Source: a virus (lineage: Duplodnaviria > Caudoviricetes). From it: 42,230 bases of DNA. Below are positions 26,820 to 35,731 of the stretch, one piece after another (within the stretch, counting starts at the first letter, position 1; each line of letters begins with the position of its first letter). The position numbers were made by a program, and so were the translations under genes. The DNA lies in IMG/VR virus record IMGVR_UViG_3300020045_003820, positions 1-42,230 of that record; one strand, given 5' to 3'. Under the pieces are notes generated by a model. The model was not told where the DNA came from, made no database searches, and saw nothing but the letters and a program-made list of their open reading frames with translations.

Positions 26820-28061
26820 TCAGTTCCCTTTTTTCTTTGTTATTTTTGGTTTAACACCGAATATAGCCTCAGCGCCGCGGCGTTCCGCAGTACGCTTATC
26901 CTCTTCTTTTACGAGCGTAAGGCCGCTCGACTCTTTCACCGTAGCCAGTTCCATAAGCCACTGACCGTTTTTCTTATTATCAAACATCTTCTCGAAGGCG
27001 GCGGGCGTCTTCATTTTCTGTTCGTAAAGCCAGTCCTCATAACCATGCTCGGCAAGTATTTCTTCCGCTTTGGGCGCCCACTTTCGCACGGCCTTTTTAT
27101 TGACGAGTTTGTACCCGTCTACCTCGCCGCCACTCATGAGCACGGCAAAGGCTTTACTGCGCACTTTCTCGATCCAAAGTTCCAAGCGGTCGACGGCGTC
27201 GAGCATGACGGCGAGTTCTTTACCGGCCTTGACCTCAGGTGTCACCAATTTACCGAGGGGCGAAATGACGACACCTGCTTTTTTACCTGGCGCGTTGAAC
27301 TTCGGGCATACGAGCGCGGCTTTACAAAACTTGCACCACGGCCCGTCATTGATCCAATCGGGGTGTACCTTACCCGTCGATTCAAATTCTTCCTCGCAGG
27401 TCGTGACGTCCATTGCCGCCGTCTTAAACCGCTGATCCCAAGCCCTCAGCTCTTTCATGCTCATGACGAATCGGCGAATGGTGTTACCCGATTCATGATA
27501 GGCGCGCGGCTGAATGACGACGAGTTCCACTTCCGAAAAGGCAAAGTCGTACTGGTACGCGACGGCAAGCGCATAGTAGGCAAGTTGGGGGTTTCCCTTC
27601 CCGTCTTTGCCTTCCGGGTTTACCGCGTAACCAGCACCGTACTTGAAGTCGATCACCGTCAGCCGATCAAAGAGCGAGACGATCGCCGCGTCGAGCGTTC
27701 CGAACTGACCCGGTCGGGTGAAGGGCGACGAGTCGACCCGTTGCTCGCAAAAGAACTCAGGATTACCGACGGCCTCTTTTCTCATCGAATCGATGATCTT
27801 CACCGTGTCGACGACGTGCTCTACCATATCCAAAGGATATTTCTTTTCATGCCGGCGGCGGATATCCGGGCGTTCCTTGCGCGGCGCCTGTAGCATTTCC
27901 TCGAGCAAACCATGCGCGGTGGTGCCTTCGATCGCATACGGGCTATCAGGCCCGTCAGGCATTGACCGCTCGAGTATGATCGAGCCGGGGCATTCCATCC
28001 AACGCTCGGATTTGCTGGCCCCTAACTCGGCATGCGCTTTTTCGGGCTCTACAGTACCCAT
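26820..28061 (-). CDS. Cas4-like PD-(D/E)XK exonuclease (DUF2800); start ATG 28061
   Basis: HAELGASKSERWMECPGS, AIEGTTAH, FGTLD, IDFKYG, NPQL, IQPR and WCKFCKA motifs. Confidence 0.9.
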   Translation of the reverse strand: MGTVEPEKAHAELGASKSERWMECPGSIILERSMPDGPDSPYAIEGTTAHGLLEEMLQAPRKERPDIRRRHEKKYPLDMVEHVVDTVKIIDSMRKEAVGNPEFFCEQRVDSSPFTRPGQFGTLDAAIVSLFDRLTVIDFKYGAGYAVNPEGKDGKGNPQLAYYALAVAYQYDFAFSEVELVVIQPRAYHESGNTIRRFVMSMKELRAWDQRFKTAAMDVTTCEEEFESTGKVHPDWINDGPWCKFCKAALVCPKFNAPGKKAGVVISPLGKLVTPEVKAGKELAVMLDAVDRLELWIEKVRSKAFAVLMSGGEVDGYKLVNKKAVRKWAPKAEEILAEHGYEDWLYEQKMKTPAAFEKMFDNKKNGQWLMELATVKESSGLTLVKEEDKRTAERRGAEAIFGVKPKITKKKGN

Positions 28062-28534
28062 TGTTTCGCCTTCAACGCCTTGATAAAGGTGTCGTGGTGC
28101 TGATTGCATTTTTGTATTTCTGCAAGCAACGCGTCACGCTTTTTGAAAAACTCTTTTGATACCGCCGTCAGTTCTTTTTGAGCTGCTTTGGTACGTGCAT
28201 CGATATCCTTTAGATACCGTGACTTCGAGTCGGCAAAACTATCATTTTCATACTTCTCGACGATCGTCATAGTCACGTCACCCTTCGGAGAAAACTCATA
28301 ATGAGTCGATGCAATTTCTGATAGCTTTTCTACGACTACCGTTTTCATATCAAACTCAACAACGGCAAACTCTTTAGCCTCGGCGTTGCTATCGAAAATC
28401 ATAAGTTCTCGAGGGGGTGCGATATTAAGCCTACGAAAACCCGACCGGCCGTAATACTGATCATTCCTCCGTATCACGTACTTTCCGCGAGTCAGTGACG
28501 GGGGTATAGCTTTACGTTTCTTATCCTTAGTCAT
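28049..28534 (-). CDS. Hypothetical protein
   Basis: 161 aa ORF with AGGA RBS, in the direction of the operon. Confidence 0.65.
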   Translation of the reverse strand: MTKDKKRKAIPPSLTRGKYVIRRNDQYYGRSGFRRLNIAPPRELMIFDSNAEAKEFAVVEFDMKTVVVEKLSEIASTHYEFSPKGDVTMTIVEKYENDSFADSKSRYLKDIDARTKAAQKELTAVSKEFFKKRDALLAEIQKCNQHHDTFIKALKAKQWVL

Positions 28535-28721
28535 TGTCTTCCTAAAACCCCGAAGGTGTCATCCAAAGGCAATCATGTACGCTGAAAATTTCAGTATGCC
28601 AAATCGCCTTTTTACCTGACACCTTTTATGAAACACCGTAAAACATAGTCTCGGTTTTGTCTCTAACGCGGCCGTGCGCATCGATGATCCGGATCCGGCC
28701 GCCGGATAGTGTACGCTGAGA

Positions 28722-29405
28722 TTAGGCTATCTTTTTAAGGCCAGCAATCGCGTCGGGCCAAAGCTTTTTCTTGAGGTCTTTAACCGAATCCGCCCCAAGT
28801 TTTTTGAGTACCTTCGTCGCGGCTTTACGTCGGTCTGCAGTCGTCGCAGCGGCTTGGAAAGCTTTGATTACGTGCTCAAACGTTAGCTCTTCCGGCTCGT
28901 CGTCATCGTCGGATTTAGACTTGCTGGCCTTTGCCTTTTTCGGTGGCGGGGTTTCTTCCTCGTCGTCTTCGTCTTCCTCGTCTTCCGATTCTTGGGCCTT
29001 CGCTTTGGCTAGGGCTACGGCTTTCTTTGCCGCCTCTTCCTTGGTAGGACGACCACCTTTATTTTTCTTAGGCGCCTCTTCCTCGTCATCGTCGTCAGAA
29101 TCATCGTCTTCGGGTGGTGGCGATTTTTTCGATTTCTTAGGCGCCGGGGTTTCTTCCTCGTCGTCTTCGTCTACAGGTTTTTTCTTTGCCTTTTTCGGTG
29201 GCGGGGTTTCTTCCTCGTCGTCTTCGTCTTCCTCAACGGCCTTTGGTGCTTTCAGTGCTTTAGCTGCTGCAGGGGCTACGGCTTTAGTTTTGGTGTCAAT
29301 CGTCACCGCGTCGTCAAACCATACGTTTGCAATATGGGAAACAACCCTTGCCAGTTTACGCATTTCTTCGTCGCTACTTGCCGTGATCTTAAATTCGATA
29401 CCCAT
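28722..29405 (-). CDS. Acidic, Lys/Pro-rich low-complexity protein with a small C-terminal helical domain
   Basis: C-terminal VLKKLGADSVKDL resembles the domain often encoded upstream of DUF2800 nucleases; AGGA RBS. Confidence 0.75.
   Translation of the reverse strand: MGIEFKITASSDEEMRKLARVVSHIANVWFDDAVTIDTKTKAVAPAAAKALKAPKAVEEDEDDEEETPPPKKAKKKPVDEDDEEETPAPKKSKKSPPPEDDDSDDDDEEEAPKKNKGGRPTKEEAAKKAVALAKAKAQESEDEEDEDDEEETPPPKKAKASKSKSDDDDEPEELTFEHVIKAFQAAATTADRRKAATKVLKKLGADSVKDLKKKLWPDAIAGLKKIA
28929..29234. repeat. 51-bp perfect direct repeat (28929-28979 and 29184-29234) plus a partial copy at 29146-29172, inside a CDS
   Basis: CTTTGCCTTTTTCGGTGGCGGGGTTTCTTCCTCGTCGTCTTCGTCTTCCTC occurs twice. 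Confidence 0.9.
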
Positions 29406-29452
29406 TTCCCTAGTCCTTTTTCTATATGTGATTGAGAAAAATTCTCAAGTTG

Positions 29453-29746
29453 TTACCACTCTGATTCTATTTCTCGAGGCGTTAAACCGCTCATGCGCTT
29501 ACGCAAACACTCCGGGCATATATCGTATATGTATTCCGTTTTGCTACCAGAATCCGGATACTTTAAACCTTCCGTTATTACCGCCGAGCACTCTAAAAAA
29601 TTAAAGTTAGCTCGATCGTTTTTCCATTTTGCATAATACGGATTAGGCCCCGGATCTTCCGCCTTTACCCCGCAATCGTCGCAAGTCAGTTCTAAAACGC
29701 GTGTACGTTCTTCAGGTTTCGAAAAATACTTTTCAGTTTTAATCAT
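29453..29746 (-). CDS. Small putative Zn-binding protein
   Basis: CDDC and CPEC pairs. Confidence 0.65.
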   Translation of the reverse strand: MIKTEKYFSKPEERTRVLELTCDDCGVKAEDPGPNPYYAKWKNDRANFNFLECSAVITEGLKYPDSGSKTEYIYDICPECLRKRMSGLTPREIESEW

Positions 29747-29749
29747 GAC

Positions 29750-31381
29750 TCAGGCACCTTTTTCTAGTATCGCGATCGACTCGCGCTTATCGGTAAATGA
29801 TTCGACCACGCGTTTATCAAGGCTATCCTGAAACACCACGTATTGAACGAGTACGGTTTCGTCTCGCCCTAGCCTATGCGCGCGGTCTATAGCTTGCCCG
29901 TTGACGCTTGGGTTCCATGAGTATTCCCCGAAGATAACCCGATCGGCCGCCGTCATGTTTAGACCTACACCCATTGATTGATAATTTCCTAAAAACAACC
30001 GCCGGATCTTTTTCTGAAACTCATTCACCTGGCGCTGACGATTCGGAATATTGGTGCCGCCCATGATTACGAAAGGTTTCCATTTCGCAAGTTGTCGCTC
30101 GAGTTCTTCGATCACTTCCCTATGAAACGCAAAGAGGATGATCGATTCTTTCGTTTCACTCAAAAGCGCGTCGACGTACTTTACGAGAAAAGGAACTTTA
30201 TCGATACCAAGTAATCGCCTATATTCCGCGACGTGAAGATCGTCACCGCCTGACTTTGCCGCAAGTAGTTTTTTGACGAGGTCATCGTCAGACTTATAGC
30301 GTTTCCCTAAGGTGTCATCAATTGATTTAAGCCGGGGACTCATTCGCCCCGACACCATAAGTAGCTCTTCTATTTTCGGCGGAAAGTTTATACCGCTATC
30401 CTTTTTGAGAACGCGAAACATAAACTTTCCTGTAGGCGCGATAACCTTAGACCTTAGTTCTCGAACGCGATCGGGCGGCGATTTACCGTTAAGCGTCCAC
30501 CCGAATTGTCCCCGGTACGCTCCGCAATAGTATTGGGCGAATTTCAGTCTAGTCATAAACTGAATCGTCTCAGGCGCCGCGTTAAAGAGCGTCGTATGCA
30601 AATCAAGAATACCGTTATCGGCTGGCGATCCGCTCATGTAGACGACGCGATCAAAACTCGATTGAAGGCCGCGCGGTATAATGAGTTTCCCGGCGTCCTT
30701 ACGCTTTTTCATAGCGCCCTCACTCGTACCGTATAAAGCCTCAGACCGAGCGGCGTCCCAGTTTTTAAAGAAATGGGCCTCGTCGATAATAAGCAGCGAA
30801 TCGTATTCGGCCCAAGTCCGGATGAAATCGCGCACGGTATCAAGTATTCCCGGCCGGCTTAGTAAACTCATGGGTACGAGCATGACGTCGGTTTTTAAAA
30901 AGTCGGGAAGTTTCTTTCCGTACACCGATACCTTTAAGTGCCCCGCCCACTTTCTAAACTCGTTCTTTACGTTCTCGATTAGGAAAGGTGGCAAGATGTA
31001 GACCACCGGCTTTCGGTGACGCTCGGCGACGAGCACGGCGACCGGCGTTTTCCCAAGCCCCATATCGAGCGCAAGGTATGAGCGGTTTCTTTGCATGCAA
31101 AAATCGAAACCCGTTCGCTGTATGCTATGAAGGGCAAAGCCTTTAGGCACGTTCGGGGGCGCTGGTTTTTCAAAGAGCCTGATATAGATACGATCGAGTT
31201 CCCGCCGCGCATCGTGATCGCAAAACTGATAGAGGCGATTCGCCGTTTGGCATGACCTCGTCACGTATTGCCCGTCGTGGTCGCGATAAAAACCGCCCGG
31301 TAGTTTTAACTCCCGATCGGCCGAGAAAATATATCGTCCGTTTTCATATGTAATCGTAGCGCCGGTCATACCGCTTGCCAC
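29750..31381 (-). CDS. SNF2-family (SF2) helicase
   Basis: DMGLGKT, IIDEAH, MSGSP, MGVGLNMT and QAIDRAHRLG motifs. Confidence 0.92.
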   Translation of the reverse strand: MASGMTGATITYENGRYIFSADRELKLPGGFYRDHDGQYVTRSCQTANRLYQFCDHDARRELDRIYIRLFEKPAPPNVPKGFALHSIQRTGFDFCMQRNRSYLALDMGLGKTPVAVLVAERHRKPVVYILPPFLIENVKNEFRKWAGHLKVSVYGKKLPDFLKTDVMLVPMSLLSRPGILDTVRDFIRTWAEYDSLLIIDEAHFFKNWDAARSEALYGTSEGAMKKRKDAGKLIIPRGLQSSFDRVVYMSGSPADNGILDLHTTLFNAAPETIQFMTRLKFAQYYCGAYRGQFGWTLNGKSPPDRVRELRSKVIAPTGKFMFRVLKKDSGINFPPKIEELLMVSGRMSPRLKSIDDTLGKRYKSDDDLVKKLLAAKSGGDDLHVAEYRRLLGIDKVPFLVKYVDALLSETKESIILFAFHREVIEELERQLAKWKPFVIMGGTNIPNRQRQVNEFQKKIRRLFLGNYQSMGVGLNMTAADRVIFGEYSWNPSVNGQAIDRAHRLGRDETVLVQYVVFQDSLDKRVVESFTDKRESIAILEKGA

Positions 31382-31782
31382 CTTTTTATGATTTCAAGGT
31401 CTCGCATAAACACGTAGCTATCAATGTAAGCGTGTACGCGCGGTAAAGCAGTGGTGACGTGAGGATTGAAAGCGTAGTCGTCGACGCGAAAATCATCGAG
31501 TTCTTTGCGGAGTTTCCAAAAGCCTTGAAAGGCCGAGGCGTCGGGCGTCTCTTCTTTGATAACCCTCAAGGTGCCCTCGAGGAAATAATCTTCTACTGAA
31601 AACCTCGCGAAGAACGTTTTGAGCGGGTAGACTTTCCAATAGGCGGAAACCCTTTTCAACGCGGCCGACGCAGATACTTCGCTGAGTTCCCCAAGGTATT
31701 TATGAGTGACGTGAAGGCGGTTAGGATCCGGCTCGGCCCTAAACGTAAACGCCGTCCAGTAAAGACCTTTGGTGTCAGTCAT
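31366..31782 (-). CDS. 2H phosphoesterase (LigT/Acb1-like)
   Basis: Two HxT motifs, LHVTHKYLG and FNPHVTT, about 80 aa apart in a 138-aa protein. Confidence 0.8.
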   Translation of the reverse strand: MTDTKGLYWTAFTFRAEPDPNRLHVTHKYLGELSEVSASAALKRVSAYWKVYPLKTFFARFSVEDYFLEGTLRVIKEETPDASAFQGFWKLRKELDDFRVDDYAFNPHVTTALPRVHAYIDSYVFMRDLEIIKRWQAV

Positions 31783-31996
31783 AAATCAGTTGTTCCAATT
31801 TATTGTATATTTCAGCGATCAGATCGATCGGATCCTGTTTCACGTACTCATGCTCGCAAAGATCACCGCTACCGTCAGCATAAGCTACAGCCCCGTCGCT
31901 GGTCTTTATTAGGACTTCGATATTTCCGGTGCCCTTGATAAAGGCCAAAAACCTTTGGGGCCTACTCTTTCTAGGCGAAGGGGTTTCGATATTCAT
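31775..31996 (-). CDS. Small hypothetical early protein (start ATG 31996)
   Basis: ATG overlaps the upstream TGA within the junction repeat. Confidence 0.6.
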   Translation of the reverse strand: MNIETPSPRKSRPQRFLAFIKGTGNIEVLIKTSDGAVAYADGSGDLCEHEYVKQDPIDLIAEIYNKLEQLIYD

Positions 31997-32226
31997 TTCG
32001 GTTTCTCTTCGCATTCGTCTTCGTCCGGAAAATCGTACATAGCTAACCGCTTAACGCCTTCCCCGAAAGCCCGCCACCGAAGGTAATGTTTTTTCGGGTC
32101 ATAACTTCTACTCAAGACCCCTCGGTCTTTCAAAAGGGATATCGCATCTAAAACATTTTCAGGTAAACCAACCATAGCTGATCGTCTGAGTTCTATAAGC
32201 CTCGCGCGTTCTTCCTCGATATTCAT
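31993..32226 (-). CDS. Small hypothetical early protein ending DEDECEEKPK
   Basis: Bounded by junction repeats; ATGA coupling. Confidence 0.6.
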   Translation of the reverse strand: MNIEEERARLIELRRSAMVGLPENVLDAISLLKDRGVLSRSYDPKKHYLRWRAFGEGVKRLAMYDFPDEDECEEKPK

Positions 32227-32537
32227 TTCGGTTTCTCGCCGCATTCGTCGTCTTCGTCTTTGAATTTTTCGCGATTGGATTTAAGTCGTTTACTCATTGC
32301 ATTTGCTGCAGCACGATAAGTAGGTGCCGTTTCCGCAAGTCGTGCTTCAATATACGCGGTGACGTGAGTTATATCGTGAAGTAATTCACCGTCGCGCCTT
32401 GTTTCAGTTTTCCGATTTAAACTCCGTAGCATATCAGTAGTCCATTCTTTAAGGACTTCTTGCACGTTATTCAAATAAGATCGCGGTATTTCTAAGTGAA
32501 CCAAACCGATCAAATCTATTTCAATTTGTTTTTTCAT
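32223..32537 (-). CDS. Small hypothetical early protein ending DEDDECGEKPK
   Basis: Bounded by junction repeats; ATGA coupling. Confidence 0.6.
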   Translation of the reverse strand: MKKQIEIDLIGLVHLEIPRSYLNNVQEVLKEWTTDMLRSLNRKTETRRDGELLHDITHVTAYIEARLAETAPTYRAAANAMSKRLKSNREKFKDEDDECGEKPK

Positions 32538-32848
32538 TTCGGTTTGCTCGCGCACTCGTCGACGTGAAAGTCTTTTCTGCAGGGTTTACACTTTACCCAG
32601 CCGTAGCCGAGAAGTTTTCCTTGCACGATTTCCACTTTAATTTCCGCGCCACAACCCGGGCAATTTACGAGCCTTGACGAATCCTCTTCGGAGAATTGCC
32701 TACGCTGATTACCCTCGGCCTCGGCCCTCTTAATTTGAACGCCCTTAACCATTTCGAGTTGTTGCTGAAAGGTGAGTTTCACGCGTGGGCGTTTCGGATC
32801 GAGGTTTTTATTTTTAGGTGTCACTACCGTAATGTTTTTCAGGTCCAT
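32534..32848 (-). CDS. Small Zn-ribbon protein ending VDECASKPK
   Basis: CPGC...CKPC; GAGG RBS; first gene of the leftward arm. Confidence 0.7.
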   Translation of the reverse strand: MDLKNITVVTPKNKNLDPKRPRVKLTFQQQLEMVKGVQIKRAEAEGNQRRQFSEEDSSRLVNCPGCGAEIKVEIVQGKLLGYGWVKCKPCRKDFHVDECASKPK

Positions 32849-33050
32849 ATATTATGGCCTCACCGTGGGAAACAAAGTTTTTAGACTTCACCTCCTTTAC
32901 ACGCGTTCCTTTGGAGCTGTAAACAAAATTAATAGAAACTTCAAAAAATAAATTTTCACACTTGATCTTTCATTGGCTTAAGGTCTTTACTCGCTCTTAC
33001 AAATAAAAACTAAGTGCAATGCACCTTGAACTTAAGGCGGAGTAAAATAC
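32849..33050. promoter_or_regulatory. AT-rich divergent promoter region
   Basis: Non-coding gap between oppositely oriented gene blocks; individual promoter boxes not confidently assigned. Confidence 0.6.
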
Positions 33051-33272
33051 ATGACACCGGATAGGAAAGAGTTTCAATCCTGGGTGATAGAGCAAGGCGG
33101 GCCGAGCAATGTCGCTGCGATGATAGGCGCGAGCGTTGGTGCTGTGAACCGTTGGTACTATCAATACAGTATCCCAAGCGTCTCGAGCATGACGAAGCTG
33201 ATCGAGGTTTCAAACGGAAGACTTTGCTACAACAAAATTATTGATTCATTGTTACCACTCGTAAAAAACTAG
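33051..33272 (+). CDS. Cro-like HTH protein
   Basis: GGPSNVAAMIGASVGAVNRW...PS pattern; 73 aa; GGAG RBS. Confidence 0.75.
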   Translation: MTPDRKEFQSWVIEQGGPSNVAAMIGASVGAVNRWYYQYSIPSVSSMTKLIEVSNGRLCYNKIIDSLLPLVKN

Positions 33273-33304
33273 CGCGACCGAAAAACGAAAGGATTCGTTG
33301 AACG

Positions 33305-35722
33305 ATGAACGATAAAGTTTTCCTAGAGGCTAAGCGCCTATACGATCTAGGTTTTCCCGTGCTTTGGATAAAGAAAAATTCTAAAGCACCGGCCGGCGGT
33401 AGCGGCTGGCAAGAACGCCGTGACGATTGGGCAACGCTCGCGAAGACCTACCAAAAAGGCTTTGGTGTCGGTTGTCAAACGGGCAAGAACGCCGAGCTAC
33501 CATCGGGCCGTTTCCTCGCTATGATCGACCTCGATTTAAAGTCGCGTGATATGACCCACCGAAACGAGGCTAAGGCGGCTTTCATCGCAGCGTTTGGCGA
33601 GGATATCCTGAAAGCCCCTTGCGTTGAATCAGGCAACGGTAGGCGCTACCTACTGACGACACGCGAGCCGGTCGATGCTTTCAAAGGCCCAAAGTCTGAG
33701 GCCCGGGTCAGAGTATTTATGCCGTCCCTCGTAGGCCGAGCCGATAAGGGCAAAGTAGACCCGTCGGTAGAGTCGGGCGAAATTACCCAAGCCGAATATG
33801 ATAAGGGCTGGCGGATCAGACCGGCATGGGAAATCGATATCATGGGCACCGGGCGTCAAGGTGTCCTACCCCCTTCCCTTCACCCTGACACTGATTCTTT
33901 ATATGTATGGAAAAATAAGCTGGCCAGTGAGGACGATCTACCGCGTCTAAAACCCTCCATGCTTAAAGCACTAGGCGCGGTCACGTCTAAGTCAACTGGC
34001 GGTAGCGATAAGGTGCGATCGGACGCGCCAGCATTCGAGCCGGTGCCCTATAACCTCTTTGGAAACGCAAACCTTTCAGACGAAATGATCGAACTTATTC
34101 AGTCGGGTCAAGAACGTGACGAAAACGGTAAGCTATTCCACGTAAATAAAAGCGATAAGCTTTATTCGGCGTGCATGGCTCTTATGCGCGCGGGGTTTTC
34201 CGATATGGAAATCCTGACGATTCTAACTGATAAAGATAATGTATTGGGGGCTACGGCCTACGCGCCAGAGCATAGAAATACGAAGAATCGAAGGAATGCC
34301 GCGCAATGGGTGTATCAATACACGCTACTCAGGGCGAGGAAAGAAGTATCGGGCGATAGGGTTTTTGAAGGGATACCGATCGGCCCGACACCAAAACTTA
34401 ATAAAGAAAAAACTAGGGAACAGCTTAATGAAGTAACAGCACGGCCTTGGAAAAACCAGCTAAAACGTAAAGCTCCGCCCAAAGGTGCCGAGGATTTCGT
34501 CCAAGGCCCTATACTTCCCCTTATCGAGAACATAACTCTCATTATAGAAAACGCCGTTTCGCCACTTGCCCTTAAGCGTAATGAGTTTAAAAACTGCGAT
34601 AACCTTGGTGCGCTCGTGCCTTGGGATGAAAACGCGAGGATAGGGGACGAGGTAAAAGATGACGATATACCGAGAATCCAACGGTGGCTATCGACTACAT
34701 GGGGTTTTGAACCAACAAAAACAACCGTAGAGGCGGCGCTTACCTGTATCGCTACCGACAATAAATTTCATCCGATCAAAGATTACTACGATAATCTTCC
34801 CGCTTGGGACGGCAAGCCCAGGCTCGACACCTTTCTTGCGGATTATTTTGGTTGTGAAGAGGATGCGTCCTATCTATCCGCCCTATTCCGTAAATGGATG
34901 CTCGCCGCGGTCTGGCGGATCTACGAGCCCGGCACGCAGTTTGACCATATGCTCGTCCTTCAAGGTAGAAAGGGACTTCGTAAGTCGACCTTCGGCCGCG
35001 TGCTCTTTGGTGACGAGTATTTCACCGACGATATTCCGGAACTTAAGAAAGGTGCCGACGCTGCGCTCGCACTCGGCGGAAACCACTGCGTAGAATTTTC
35101 GGAACTATCGCACCTTCGTCGTGATCAGATAGATATCGTTAAAGCCTTTATTACCCGAAGAATCGATAAGGTTCGGCCGCCCTACGGAAGACGTTTCGTC
35201 ACTCGTATGCGATCGAATGTTTTGCTCGGTACGGTGAACGACGATAACTTTCTCGTTAAAGATAGCGAAGACGATCGCCGCTTTCAAGTGGTGGTGGCGC
35301 TCAAACTACTTAATATAAAGCGTCTAAAGCGTGAGCGTGATCAGCTTTGGGCCGAGGCGCTGCAGCTCTACCGTTTCTCAGACGAGAAAATTTTCCTATC
35401 GCGTAAGCATGAAGACTATGCGTCGTCGAGACGAAAATCCCACCTCATAGAAAACGAATCCGATGCGATGATTTTTGCGATTTTAGATGCTGTCAAAACT
35501 GACTACTTGAATAACCATTTTGACGCTATACTGAGTGGGCATTTTTCAGTGCATGACCTCTTCCGAGAGGGGTGGCCACTCCAAAAATGGAGAGGTTTAA
35601 GTGGAAGAGAAATAGGTTTCGCCACCGCGTCCTTGAGAAAAATAGGTTTTGAAAACGTCCGAACTAAAAACGCCCGATACTGGAAACTCCCAAAAGAACT
35701 CATCGACGCGATAGTTAAATAG
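33305..35722 (+). CDS. Primase-helicase: N-terminal Prim-Pol (AEP) domain and C-terminal VirE/VapE-like helicase
   Basis: MIDLDLK and VLPPSLHPDT; FHPIKDY, WDGKPRL, Walker A QGRKGLRKST, RPPYGR, GTVN and RDQLWAEA. Confidence 0.9.
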   Translation: MNDKVFLEAKRLYDLGFPVLWIKKNSKAPAGGSGWQERRDDWATLAKTYQKGFGVGCQTGKNAELPSGRFLAMIDLDLKSRDMTHRNEAKAAFIAAFGEDILKAPCVESGNGRRYLLTTREPVDAFKGPKSEARVRVFMPSLVGRADKGKVDPSVESGEITQAEYDKGWRIRPAWEIDIMGTGRQGVLPPSLHPDTDSLYVWKNKLASEDDLPRLKPSMLKALGAVTSKSTGGSDKVRSDAPAFEPVPYNLFGNANLSDEMIELIQSGQERDENGKLFHVNKSDKLYSACMALMRAGFSDMEILTILTDKDNVLGATAYAPEHRNTKNRRNAAQWVYQYTLLRARKEVSGDRVFEGIPIGPTPKLNKEKTREQLNEVTARPWKNQLKRKAPPKGAEDFVQGPILPLIENITLIIENAVSPLALKRNEFKNCDNLGALVPWDENARIGDEVKDDDIPRIQRWLSTTWGFEPTKTTVEAALTCIATDNKFHPIKDYYDNLPAWDGKPRLDTFLADYFGCEEDASYLSALFRKWMLAAVWRIYEPGTQFDHMLVLQGRKGLRKSTFGRVLFGDEYFTDDIPELKKGADAALALGGNHCVEFSELSHLRRDQIDIVKAFITRRIDKVRPPYGRRFVTRMRSNVLLGTVNDDNFLVKDSEDDRRFQVVVALKLLNIKRLKRERDQLWAEALQLYRFSDEKIFLSRKHEDYASSRRKSHLIENESDAMIFAILDAVKTDYLNNHFDAILSGHFSVHDLFREGWPLQKWRGLSGREIGFATASLRKIGFENVRTKNARYWKLPKELIDAIVK

Positions 35723-35731
35723 GTTTTAAAA

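Larger units (their letters stand above)
31986..32560 (-). repeat. Three copies of a 28-34 bp gene-junction repeat (31986-32019, 32216-32249, 32533-32560)
   Basis: Minus-strand consensus GACGA(A/G)TGC-N6-AAACCGAAATGAA. Confidence 0.9.

Noticed and set aside
27045-27893. 282-aa + strand ORF
   Set aside because: Antisense to the DUF2800 nuclease, with no recognisable motifs.
26820-28061. Cas4-like gene as evidence of CRISPR-Cas
   Set aside because: It is the usual stand-alone phage nuclease next to SSB and PolA; no array seen.
28771-29604. 277-aa Ser-rich + strand ORF
   Set aside because: Antisense shadow of the Asp/Glu-rich - strand gene.
31997-32555. ORF-track starts MRRETEM/MREQTEM as a shared N-terminal peptide
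   Set aside because: These come from an upstream ATG/GTG inside the junction repeat; the stop-overlapping ATGA start is more plausible, though not proven.
31986-32560. Junction repeats as a CRISPR array or attC sites
   Set aside because: Spacing is 230-310 bp and coding, the repeats are not palindromic, and no cas1/cas2 or integrase is present.
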